A stretch of DNA of 60,974 nucleotides, from contig DATMHG010000083.1 of the NCBI GenBank assembly GCA_035555035.1, positions 1-60,974 of the forward strand. The letters run 5' to 3'. The notes under the pieces were generated by a model. It ran no database searches. It saw only the letters and a list, made by a program, of their open reading frames with translations, and was not told the origin of the DNA. This stretch comes from Sphingomicrobium sp. (lineage in GTDB: Bacteria; Pseudomonadota; Alphaproteobacteria; Sphingomonadales; Sphingomonadaceae). Positions 30,994 to 39,896 of this stretch are shown here, in pieces (positions within the stretch are counted from its first letter, which is position 1; every line of letters begins with the position of its first letter). A program made the translations under genes and the position numbers.

Positions 30994-32126
30994 CAGGCGG
31001 CCTCGTACAGCCGCTGCGCGTCGCTCTCGGTGATCTCGCACGGATTGTTCACGAGTAGCCGCGTCTGCTTCATCGCTTCGCGCGCAAGCACCGGCGCCTC
31101 GTCAAAGGCGACCCCGTGGTCGCGCAGGCGAAGCGCGATACCGCTATTTCGCGCAAGGTCATCGAGGCGCTCGATCAGCAGCGCCGCGCGTGCCTGGCTG
31201 CCCTCTCCCGCGCAGGCTGGATCGATGGTTTCCGCAAGCTCCGCATAATGGTCGCGGGCCGCCTCCAGATTATGGCCGAGCACGTGCCTAAGCATCAGCG
31301 CGTTGGTCAGTCCATGCGGCAGGTGATGAAGTCCACCGAGCGGATAAGCGAGCGCGTGAACGCCCGCGACGGGAGCATTCGCGAAAGCGAGTCCGGCGAG
31401 GTGAGCGCCGAGCAGCATCGCCGAGCGTGCCTCGAGATTGCGCGGCTGCTGGATGACCGTGAGCAGGTTGGAGCTGAGCAAACGCAGGGCTTCGCGGGCG
31501 AGCGCGTCCGAAAGGGGGTTCTTGAGACGCGCGGAGGTATAGGCCTCGACCGCGTGGACGATCGCGTCGATGCCGGTCGCTGCAGTGACATGCGCCGGAA
31601 GTCCCAGCGTCAAAGTGGCATCCAGCACCGCCCAATCGGCGATCAAGGGCGCGGAATTGACCGCCAGCTTCACGCCACCCTCGCACGTGATCACGGAGAT
31701 CGGGCTCGCTTCCGAGCCCGTGCCGGCCGTCGTCGGCACGAGTGCAAGCGGCAGCCGCCCGCCCTTCGCGATGTCCACGCCCCAGATCTCGTCGAGATTG
31801 TCGCCCGAACCCAGCAAATATGCGGCGAGCTTCGCCACATCCATTGGGCTCCCGCCGCCGAAGCCCACGATAGAGGCGGCGCCTCGCCCAGCCTCCACGG
31901 CCGTGAGCAATGTCTCCTTCGACGGATCGGCTTCGACCGAATCGAAGACGGTGAGCTCGCGAGTCGTGCCAATGGATGCGCGATAGGTATCGGTCAGGCC
32001 GAGCCGAACCAGCTCGGCATCAGTCACGAACAGGCACGGACCTTCTGGAAGCTTCTCGGCAAGTGCCTGCGCCTGGTCAGGTCCGGCGAGGAGCCGCGGT
32101 CCGGGATTGAAGGTGAACGGCCGCAT
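30990..32126 (-). CDS. Iron-containing alcohol dehydrogenase
   Basis: GFGGGSPMDVAK, PTTAGTGSE, DAIVH, VHALAY, HLPHG. Confidence 0.93.
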   Translation of the reverse strand: MRPFTFNPGPRLLAGPDQAQALAEKLPEGPCLFVTDAELVRLGLTDTYRASIGTTRELTVFDSVEADPSKETLLTAVEAGRGAASIVGFGGGSPMDVAKLAAYLLGSGDNLDEIWGVDIAKGGRLPLALVPTTAGTGSEASPISVITCEGGVKLAVNSAPLIADWAVLDATLTLGLPAHVTAATGIDAIVHAVEAYTSARLKNPLSDALAREALRLLSSNLLTVIQQPRNLEARSAMLLGAHLAGLAFANAPVAGVHALAYPLGGLHHLPHGLTNALMLRHVLGHNLEAARDHYAELAETIDPACAGEGSQARAALLIERLDDLARNSGIALRLRDHGVAFDEAPVLAREAMKQTRLLVNNPCEITESDAQRLYEAAW

Positions 32127-32136
32127 GGCCGCTCCG

Positions 32137-32628
32137 TTAGACCGTCTGGCCGCCGAGTCCACGCTCCAGGCGGCCCATCAGCGCGCGCGCCGGGCTTTGC
32201 GGAGCCTCCGCTTCGAGGCTGCCCTCGTCGATGCGCTTCACCCGGGCATAAAGGTCCGCGCTGGAATTGATGAGCCGCTGTGCCGATGGAGGCAGCTGAT
32301 TGACGACCGCCGGGTCGCTGTCCTGGGCATTGCCGAGCCGCCGCTCAGGACGGCGGCCCTCAACCAGCGGAATGTCGCCCGACTCGATCGCCCGCTGGGT
32401 CAGCAACCAGGCGACGATGTGCATGATCCGCGTGGTGACCTTAAGCGACTCGCACGCAAAGCCCACACGGGCGAACGGCTCCAGCGTCTGGCGCTCGTCG
32501 CGGCCGGCGTCGTCGAAGTACGACCGCGCCTCGTCGGCGAGCAACATCGCCTCGGTGTAAAGCGAGTCGATGAGCCGCGACGTGATCCTGACCTGCGGCT
32601 GATGCGTGTCTGATTCTTCCATCACCAT
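32137..32628 (-). CDS. rcdA: DUF1465 / RcdA-family protein (regulator of CtrA degradation)
   Basis: LY.EAM.L..E...YFD..GR, ESLKVTTRIM..VAWLL. Confidence 0.8.
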   Translation of the reverse strand: MVMEESDTHQPQVRITSRLIDSLYTEAMLLADEARSYFDDAGRDERQTLEPFARVGFACESLKVTTRIMHIVAWLLTQRAIESGDIPLVEGRRPERRLGNAQDSDPAVVNQLPPSAQRLINSSADLYARVKRIDEGSLEAEAPQSPARALMGRLERGLGGQTV

Positions 32629-32747
32629 CAGATTGCCACCCTAAATCGCGACTGGAAACGCCCGACTCGCTGCCCCAGCGCTCCTAACGGTCGTTCTGTC
32701 TCCGAAAGGGACGAGCGCAAGGAAGCTTCTGTCCCGCAAAGGGACAC

Positions 32748-32945
32748 TCAGGCGATGATATCAGGGATGTTCGAGTCGAGGATCCGCTGGATCTGATCCT
32801 TGAGCATCAGCTTGCGGCGCTTGAGCCTTGCGAGCTCGAGCTGATCGCCCGTCGGCTCGGAGCAAAGCATCTGGATCTGCTCGTCGAGGTGCCGATGCTC
32901 GGCCCTCAGCGTCTCGAGGTCCGGAGCGGGATTATCGTCGTTCAT
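32748..32945 (-). CDS. DUF465/YdcH-family small protein
   Basis: EHRHLD, RLKRRKLMLKDQI, PDIIA. Confidence 0.88.
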   Translation of the reverse strand: MNDDNPAPDLETLRAEHRHLDEQIQMLCSEPTGDQLELARLKRRKLMLKDQIQRILDSNIPDIIA

Positions 32946-33103
32946 TTGACCGCACTGTAACGCAGCGACCGCGCACAAGAAAACCTAGGCTGTGACGACG
33001 GTCCGATCAGATGGGCCGCCGAACGGTGAGATGGGCGGAGACAAGCGGCCCGTTTCGTGGTTTATTACGGGGTGGTGACACTTGGCTGAAAGGAACGGCA
33101 CCA

Positions 33104-33268
33104 ATGGACAAGGCAATGGTCGAGGAATTGGAGTCCAAGCACGCTGCTCTCCACGCTCTTATCGAAGAGGAAGAGCATCGGACCCATCCCGACGAAGACC
33201 TTCTCCACCGCCTGAAGAAAGAGAAGCTTAGATTGAAGGACGAGCTGGCGGGCCATGTGACCCACTAG
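33104..33268 (+). CDS. DUF465/YdcH-family small protein
   Basis: KHAALH..I.EE...HPD, RLKKEKLRLKDEL; AAGGA SD. Confidence 0.85.
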   Translation: MDKAMVEELESKHAALHALIEEEEHRTHPDEDLLHRLKKEKLRLKDELAGHVTH

Positions 33269-34163
33269 CGGAAACGATACCCGGGCCGCCGAAGTCAGGC
33301 GGCGCCGTTCGACTCCTGCGCCGCCGCCTCAGCGCCAATCCGATTGCGGCGAAGCCGCTCAGCATCATCATCCAGCTCGCAGGCTCGGGAACGACGATCC
33401 CGGCGAGGCTGAAGGCGGCGTTGAACGGTCCCTGATGCGTGATGTCCGTCCCGACCCGAAGCCAGTCGGGGGCGAGATTCTCGTTCCGAATCCAGCTTTG
33501 CAGGTCAGTGAAGCCCGTGGGGAAAGGCGTTCCCGGGGCGACGATTGGCCGCGCCGCGGACAGCCATAGGAAACTTCCGTCCGCAAGCTGGACCTGCGGC
33601 ACGAAAAAGTAGTGGCCGGCCGGCAAATCCAAATTGGCCGTCAGGCTGAACGAGAATTGGACCTCGCGGCCGCTCATCGCACCCTCGCCGCCGGTGAACG
33701 GATTGCTTCCATTGATTCCATTGATCACGCTGTTCGCAACCGTGAAGTTCGAACTGAGCAGCGAAGTCGTGAAGGTCAGCTGTCCGAGCGATGCGTCAAA
33801 GGAGGTGAGCGCCACGTCGGAAGGCGAGTTCGTTCGCGTCGGGACATTGCCCGATGGAGGGTTCACCGAATCAGCCGGGAATATGCGATAGATTTCGACG
33901 ATGACGTTCTGGATGCCGGTCACATCGGTATTGGCCGGGAGCAACCCGGTGAAGGTCCCATTGGTGATGGCCGTTTCCTGCGCCAGGGCGAAATCGTCGG
34001 CCGTTTCGATTTCGATCAGTCCGTTGGCGTCCGGCCGGGAGGCCGTTGCAATGGCCCCATCGGGGTTGCCGGTACTAAATTGGAACGCTTGTCCCCACGC
34101 GGGACCAGCAATCGTCAGGGCAGCCGATCCAAGCAGAAAATATCGATGCAACCGAGTCCACAT
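33228..34163 (-). CDS. PEP-CTERM (PEPxxW type) surface protein
   Basis: Signal peptide; Ser/Thr/Asn-rich, Lys-free body; VPEPASWMMMLSGFAAIGLALRRRRR. Confidence 0.9.
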   Translation of the reverse strand: MWTRLHRYFLLGSAALTIAGPAWGQAFQFSTGNPDGAIATASRPDANGLIEIETADDFALAQETAITNGTFTGLLPANTDVTGIQNVIVEIYRIFPADSVNPPSGNVPTRTNSPSDVALTSFDASLGQLTFTTSLLSSNFTVANSVINGINGSNPFTGGEGAMSGREVQFSFSLTANLDLPAGHYFFVPQVQLADGSFLWLSAARPIVAPGTPFPTGFTDLQSWIRNENLAPDWLRVGTDITHQGPFNAAFSLAGIVVPEPASWMMMLSGFAAIGLALRRRRRSRTAPPDFGGPGIVSASGSHGPPARPSI

Positions 34164-34227
34164 GTCGCACCTCCACTCCAGTGGGGCCACGTTGGCTCGC
34201 GTCAGATACGCCGATCGGGCGTCATAG

Positions 34228-34242
34228 TTAACGAAAATTTAC
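34228..34242. promoter_or_regulatory. Candidate CtrA box upstream of the PEP-CTERM gene
   Basis: TTAA-CGAAAAT-TTAC; one mismatch from TTAA-N7-TTAA. Confidence 0.45.
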
Positions 34243-34282
34243 CGGGAGCAATTCTGCCCCGAACGATAATCGGCTGATGCGA

Positions 34283-34750
34283 TCAGTCGTCCCGGGAAAC
34301 GCGCTCGATCCGCTCGTGGCGCTCTTGCGCCTCCAGTGTCATCGTCGCTACCGGCCGAGCCTCGAGACGAGCGAGCGAGATCGGCTCGCCGGTCACTTCG
34401 CAATAACCATATTCGCCTTCGTAAAGGCGCCGGATCGCGCAATCGATCTTGGCGATGAGCTTGCGCTGCCGGTCGCGGGTACGAAGCTCGATCGACCAGT
34501 CGGTCTCGCTTGAGGCACGGTCCGCAATATCGGGCTCGCGTAGCGAGTCGACCTGGAGCTGGGCCATCGTCTGGCGCGACTCCTCGACGATGTCTTCCTT
34601 CCACGCCTTGAGTTTCCGCAAGAAGTAAGCGCGGTGCTTCGCGCACATGAACTCGTCGTCCTCCGACGGGCGGTAGCCCTCGGCAAGAATGAGTCGATCG
34701 AAACGTTCGAAATCGTTGCCGCCATAAAGGTCGACAAGAGCCGTAGCCAT
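34283..34750 (-). CDS. dksA: RNA polymerase-binding protein DksA
   Basis: YRPSEDDEFM, DIADRAS, LRTRDRQRKLI, YGYCEVTGEPI, RLEARPVAT. Confidence 0.96.
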   Translation of the reverse strand: MATALVDLYGGNDFERFDRLILAEGYRPSEDDEFMCAKHRAYFLRKLKAWKEDIVEESRQTMAQLQVDSLREPDIADRASSETDWSIELRTRDRQRKLIAKIDCAIRRLYEGEYGYCEVTGEPISLARLEARPVATMTLEAQERHERIERVSRDD

Positions 34751-35037
34751 ATTCCCTCCCCCGCACCTGGACGCCCGCAACCCCCGCGAACGTCCTCACA
34801 AACGCCGCCGCCTGCTGCGGCCGGGCCATCCGGTGCAGCCGGAGGCGATTAAGACTGACTTTCCCGGGACTTACTACCGGGCAAGTCGGTCATCCCCAAC
34901 GCGGCGCTATAAATATCGGCCGCAGCCTTAACAAGCACTGACACAATCACAGTGAACAAATCGCCAAGCTGTTGCGAATATGGCGCATTTTTTCTTCTGG
35001 TTGCGGCCTTCCGGCACCTCCCGCATAGGCGGGCGGA

Positions 35038-35811
35038 ATGCGGATTCTTCTCACCAATGATGACGGCATCAATGCGCGCGGGCTCAAACTGCTCGAGGCC
35101 GTCGCCCGCAGCCTGAGCGACGACATCTGGATCGTCGCTCCGACCGAGGAGCAATCGGGGGCCGGCCATTCGCTGACGCTGACCACGCCCGTCCGCCTGC
35201 GCCGCCACGACGACCGGCGCTTCTCGGTCACCGGGACCCCAACCGACGCCGTAATGCTGGCGCTCGCCCACATCATGAAGGACTCGCAGCCAGATGTGAT
35301 CATGTCGGGCATCAACCGCGGGGCGAACCTTGCCGAAGACGTCACCTATTCGGGGACCGTCTCGGCCGCGATGGAGGGTGCTCTCGCCGGCGTACCGTCA
35401 ATCGCCCTCAGCCAGGCTTATTCGCGGGAAGGCATGGGCGACACCGTCCCGTTTGCCGCCGCCGAAGCATGGGCCGAACGCGTGCTTGCACCGCTTCTGG
35501 AGCTCGATACCGACTCCGGCACGCTGATTAACGTCAACTTCCCCGCGCTGCCTCCTGACCAAGTCAAGGGGATTCGCGTCTGCCGCCAAGGGCTTCGCGA
35601 CTACGGTCGTTTGCGCATCGTCCAACGAACCGATCCACGCGGCTATGATTATTATTGGTTCGGTCTTGGCCCGATGGTGCAGACGCCGGGGCATTCGACC
35701 GACCTCGAAGCGATCGCCGACGGCTATGTTTCCGTCTCGCCGCTGCATCTCGATCTCACGCACGATCCGTCGCTCGACGTGCTCCACAAGCGATTCGCGG
35801 CCACACCTTAA
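35038..35811 (+). CDS. surE: 5'/3'-nucleotidase SurE
   Basis: ILLTNDDG, QSGAGHS, GTPTD, SGINRGAN, YSGTV. Confidence 0.97.
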   Translation: MRILLTNDDGINARGLKLLEAVARSLSDDIWIVAPTEEQSGAGHSLTLTTPVRLRRHDDRRFSVTGTPTDAVMLALAHIMKDSQPDVIMSGINRGANLAEDVTYSGTVSAAMEGALAGVPSIALSQAYSREGMGDTVPFAAAEAWAERVLAPLLELDTDSGTLINVNFPALPPDQVKGIRVCRQGLRDYGRLRIVQRTDPRGYDYYWFGLGPMVQTPGHSTDLEAIADGYVSVSPLHLDLTHDPSLDVLHKRFAATP

Positions 35812-35847
35812 AGGCGCAGCCGCGAGAAAGTTCGGATCCGTTTGGGG

Positions 35848-36249
35848 TTAGCGGCCGCGTTCGCCGCGTTCCACCGGCGCCGGTGCGTTGGTCGATTCCG
35901 CCAGCCATGTCGAGGTCGCATTGCACGAGCTCGTCAGTGTGACCGGCGTGCCCGCATGGAACGGACCGCTGTAGGGCCAGCATTCTTGCGCGCCGGCCTT
36001 GGTCATGCACAGCTGGCTGTTCGCTGCAGTCCAGTTCGCGGGAACCGTGTTGCCGCCGGGGGTCATGATCCGCGCAGCGCCACCCGAATCGAGATAGACG
36101 GTGTTGGTGACGCCATTCGTGGTCACCTGGATCGGTTGGCCGACGATTTCCGAACCGGGCGTCCATCCAGCCTGCGCGTAGGCGACGCCCTGCAAAGCGG
36201 CTACGCCCGCGAGCAGAGTAAAGATACGTCCGACAAAGCTGGTTCTCAT
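35848..36249 (-). CDS. Hypothetical secreted protein
   Basis: Signal peptide ending AYA, 3 Cys, AAGAGG SD before MRTSF. Confidence 0.75.
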   Translation of the reverse strand: MRTSFVGRIFTLLAGVAALQGVAYAQAGWTPGSEIVGQPIQVTTNGVTNTVYLDSGGAARIMTPGGNTVPANWTAANSQLCMTKAGAQECWPYSGPFHAGTPVTLTSSCNATSTWLAESTNAPAPVERGERGR

Positions 36250-36290
36250 GCGCCTCTTCCCTTCACGCCAACGCGGAGGCTGGCCGATCC

Positions 36291-36698
36291 TCAACCCGGG
36301 CTGACCGGCACGTTGTGATGGTTGTGACCATGTACTGCGAAAAAGAGCGCCACCGCGCCGGCAATGGCCACAAGACCGAGGAGCAGTGGGCTGATTCCGA
36401 AGCCTTCAACCGGCGGAGGAGGCAAAGGCGGTGGAGGAAGCGGCGGTGCAGCGTTCGCCACCGGCGGCGGAGTGTCGAGCACGGGAAGCACGCAGCCGGT
36501 GGTCGGCTGCGCAGCGGCGGCAGTCGCGGCAGCGGCGCCGCAGACGGCGGCGGCAGGAGCGCCCCCGGTCAGGACCGTCAGAGTCGCCCAGGGGCTGATC
36601 GGCTGAGGTGCAGCAACGGTCCCGGCAGCCGCGGCTGCGGTGGAGCTGGCGAGCATCGAACTCGCCACGATGAATCCTGTGAACCCCTTCAACCGCAT
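36291..36698 (-). CDS. Hypothetical Ala/Pro-rich membrane-anchored protein
   Basis: Signal peptide, Cys pair, poly-Pro linker, C-terminal TM then HGHNHHNVPVSPG. Confidence 0.7.
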   Translation of the reverse strand: MRLKGFTGFIVASSMLASSTAAAAAGTVAAPQPISPWATLTVLTGGAPAAAVCGAAAATAAAAQPTTGCVLPVLDTPPPVANAAPPLPPPPLPPPPVEGFGISPLLLGLVAIAGAVALFFAVHGHNHHNVPVSPG

Positions 36699-36846
36699 AG
36701 CCGGCATTCCAAGCCTCCTGGCACTGGGGGCCTCACGCCCCCGCGGGAGATCGCCTCGACAACGACTAATCCAATTTAGAGTTTCATGCCACCGCAATGA
36801 AGTAAAATGATGCGACATTCGTTAATTATCGAGTGTGACCTTTCCG

Positions 36847-38838
36847 TCACGCCGCCACAGCACTGACCGTCTTCTGTTCGCGCAGCCACGCCTGGAACAT
36901 GAGCACGGTCCACAGCGCCGCCGTCGAGTCCCGCCGGCCGCTTAGGTGTTCCTGCCAACGGGCATTCACCACGTCCGCATCGAACCAGCCTTCGAGCCGC
37001 ATCGACCGTCCATTGAGCAGATCCTCGGCCCAGTCGCGAAGCGGTCCCTTGATCCATTCGCCGACCGGCACCGCAAAGCCGGTTTTCGGGCGCTCGACCA
37101 GCTCTCGCGGAACATAGCGATCGAGCAGCTTGCGAAGGATGTGCTTTCCCCTGCCATCGCGGATCTTCATCGACAGCGGAATGCGTGCGGCAACCTCCGC
37201 GACCCGATGATCAAGAAACGGCACATGAGTTTCCAGCGCGACCGCCATCGACGCACGGTCGACCTTGCAGAGAATATCGTCGGGCAGATAGGAGACCGCG
37301 TCGCAATACATCATTCGCACCGCGTGAGGCGCGTCAGCAGTCACGTCGAGATCCAACGGAATTTCCGCCGGCATCTCCTCCTTCACCGGAGAGGGCCCAT
37401 AGTCCCATTCGTCGAGCAAGCTGCGGTAGACATCATCGAAGCTGCCGGCCCTCGCGGCAACGCCGAGCGCCTTCTGGATCTTGACACCGATGTGCGCCTG
37501 CCGGCGCCCCGCCAGAACCCCGGCCGCGCTGTTCCAGAACTGCCAGGGCACGCGACTAAGCGGTGAGCTTGCCATCGCCCGGACGGGCCTCGGGAGCTTC
37601 TGGAGATGGCCCCAGACCCGGGGCGCGACGAAATGGCGGTAATAGCCGCCGAATAGCTCGTCGCCGCCATCGCCGGTAAGCGCGACGGTCACCTGCTCGC
37701 GCGCGAAGCGGCTGACCAGATAGGTCGGAATGTGCGAGGAATCGGCGAACGGCTCATCGTACATCGATGGAAGCAGCGGGATCACGTCGAGCGCTGCCTC
37801 TGCCGTTACATATTGCTCGTGATGAACCGTCCCGAGGTGCTTTGCGACGGCCTTCGCATCGTCGGCCTCATTATAGGCCGCGTCCTCGAAGCCGATCGAA
37901 AAGGTACGGACGGGGATCGACGAATGCTTCTGATAGATGCCAACGATCGTGGAGCTATCGACACCGCCGGAGAGGAACGCGCCTACTGGCACATCCGCGA
38001 ACGACTGGCCGCGAACGGAGTCCGCGAGAACCTGTTCGAGCTGTTCGATCGCTTCCCCTTCATCCTCGATCGGATCGGCGAGCCCCCGCCGCACGGCCTC
38101 GCGATACGACCAATAACGCTCGAGCTTGATGCCACTGCCCGCGCGGCCCTCTTCTGGCGGAGCATCCAACGGCGCCCGCGCTCCAACCGCATCGATCTGG
38201 AGCAGGCAGCCGGGCGGAAGCTTGAACACATGCTCGTGGATCGAAAATGGCGCCGGCACGTGGGTGCGCGATGCGAAGAGGCCCAGGGCGCGGCGATCGA
38301 TCGGATTGTCGAACCGGGGATGCGCCCGGAGTGCCTTCAGCTCCGATCCGAAGACGAAATCTTTCCCGGCCCAGCCATAATAAAGCGGCTTCTCTCCGAA
38401 CCGGTCGCGAACCAGAGTGAGCAGCCGCTCGCGCCGATCCCATAATCCAAATGCGAACATGCCTGCCGATTTGGCCAGCGTAGGTCCGAGTCCCCAGGCG
38501 ACGATTGCCTGGAGGAACACCTCCGTGTCGGAATGGCCCCGCCAGCCACCCTGCGGCACCGATCCTTGCGCCTCGAGTTCGTCACGCAATTCCTGGAAGT
38601 TGTAGATCTCGCCGTTGAATGTGAGGACGAAGCGTCCGTCCGCCGATTGCATGGGCTGGTGCCCCGCTGGCGAAAGATCGACAACTGCAAGCCGCCGATG
38701 GCCAAGTGCGACACCGGCTTCGCCGTCGACCCACATTCCCTCATCGTCAGGTCCGCGATGGGCGAGCGCTCGCGTCATCGCATGGGCGACCCGTCCGTCG
38801 TGGCCCTCCTCGCCAAAAACGCCGGCTATTCCGCACAT
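36847..38838 (-). CDS. asnB: AsnB-type glutamine-dependent amidotransferase (glycan-associated)
   Basis: MCGIAG start, HRGPD, FNGEIYN, RDRFGEKPL, LSGGVDSS, GDGGDELFGGY, KVDRASM. Confidence 0.93.
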   Translation of the reverse strand: MCGIAGVFGEEGHDGRVAHAMTRALAHRGPDDEGMWVDGEAGVALGHRRLAVVDLSPAGHQPMQSADGRFVLTFNGEIYNFQELRDELEAQGSVPQGGWRGHSDTEVFLQAIVAWGLGPTLAKSAGMFAFGLWDRRERLLTLVRDRFGEKPLYYGWAGKDFVFGSELKALRAHPRFDNPIDRRALGLFASRTHVPAPFSIHEHVFKLPPGCLLQIDAVGARAPLDAPPEEGRAGSGIKLERYWSYREAVRRGLADPIEDEGEAIEQLEQVLADSVRGQSFADVPVGAFLSGGVDSSTIVGIYQKHSSIPVRTFSIGFEDAAYNEADDAKAVAKHLGTVHHEQYVTAEAALDVIPLLPSMYDEPFADSSHIPTYLVSRFAREQVTVALTGDGGDELFGGYYRHFVAPRVWGHLQKLPRPVRAMASSPLSRVPWQFWNSAAGVLAGRRQAHIGVKIQKALGVAARAGSFDDVYRSLLDEWDYGPSPVKEEMPAEIPLDLDVTADAPHAVRMMYCDAVSYLPDDILCKVDRASMAVALETHVPFLDHRVAEVAARIPLSMKIRDGRGKHILRKLLDRYVPRELVERPKTGFAVPVGEWIKGPLRDWAEDLLNGRSMRLEGWFDADVVNARWQEHLSGRRDSTAALWTVLMFQAWLREQKTVSAVAA

Positions 38839-38927
38839 TGTGCGCTGCCTCCAAAGTCGTTCCGTGACGCGCTCTAGCAGGAAACGACTTGCCACGCGCA
38901 ATTTCAGTCCGAAGATCGCATGCAACG

Positions 38928-39896
38928 ATGATCGGTCGATTGAAAGCGCTTGCTCCCCCGCAGATCAGGGCGGTCGCTCGTTGGGCCGTGGAGCGGCTTC
39001 CGCTGCCGCGAAAGCCGGCGATCCTGATGTACCACCGGATCGGTCGTGAGACATTCGATCCTTGGGGGCTCGCCGTGGAGCAGCAGCTGTTTGAACAGCA
39101 GCTGCAATGGCTCGCGCACAATAGGAGCATCGTGCCCTTGAGCGAGCTCGCAAGACGGCATCGCGAAGGACGTCTGAGCAATGACCTCATCGCCATCACT
39201 TTCGATGACGGATATGCCGCCACCTTGAGAGCGGCTGTTCCGCTGCTCGAAAAATTTGGCGTCCATGCAACCGTATTCCTGCCAGCCGGACTGATCGGAC
39301 GCTGCCGAGCATATTGGTGGGATGAACTGGCTCGCATCGTCGTGGATTTCAAAGGTGCACGGCTAAAGTTCGACGGCGAAAGCATCGTCGTGCCGCCGCC
39401 GGACGAGCGCGACGCCTTATGGCCGCCCGGCGCGGCTCCGGCCACACCGCGGCAAAAGCTGTTCCAGTCCATGCGCGCAACGCTGCGACCCAAACCGCCA
39501 GAGCAGATCGAGCGGATCATGGAAGAGCTTCGAACGCAGGCTCGCCCCGCCATCAGAGCAGATGACCGTCCGCTCACCGTTGAGGAAGTGGGCTCGATTC
39601 CGGCCCAGATCATTGGGTTCGGATCACACGCCTTGACTCACGCCTGCTTGCCGGCACTCGACGATCGGGCAAAAATTCGCGAGGTCCGCGAAGGGCGACG
39701 GCACTGCGCGTCACTGACTGGAAGAGAGCCGATCGCCTTCGCTTACCCATTCGGCGAATATGACCGGTCGATCATGCGCATCGTCGAGGATGCCGGCTTC
39801 GAATGCGCCGTCACCTCGGATCGCGGCTTCGTCAGGCGCCGCAGCAACATATTCGCGCTACCGCGCCTGCGAATCGGCAATCGACTCTTCGGATAG
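38928..39896 (+). CDS. Polysaccharide deacetylase (CE4/NodB-like)
   Basis: ILMYHR, ITFDDGY, GSHALTH, FAYPFG, LPR. Confidence 0.9.
   Translation: MIGRLKALAPPQIRAVARWAVERLPLPRKPAILMYHRIGRETFDPWGLAVEQQLFEQQLQWLAHNRSIVPLSELARRHREGRLSNDLIAITFDDGYAATLRAAVPLLEKFGVHATVFLPAGLIGRCRAYWWDELARIVVDFKGARLKFDGESIVVPPPDERDALWPPGAAPATPRQKLFQSMRATLRPKPPEQIERIMEELRTQARPAIRADDRPLTVEEVGSIPAQIIGFGSHALTHACLPALDDRAKIREVREGRRHCASLTGREPIAFAYPFGEYDRSIMRIVEDAGFECAVTSDRGFVRRRSNIFALPRLRIGNRLFG

Noticed and set aside
32690-32750. c-di-GMP-I riboswitch (GAAA...GGGACG resemblance)
   Set aside because: Lacks the GGCAAACC/GCAAAGC architecture and would be antisense to the flanking genes.
36291-38838. asnB as a lasso-peptide cyclase with adjacent small precursors
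   Set aside because: Intact N-terminal Cys glutaminase domain, no B1/B2 proteins, and the neighbours have signal peptides rather than lasso leaders.
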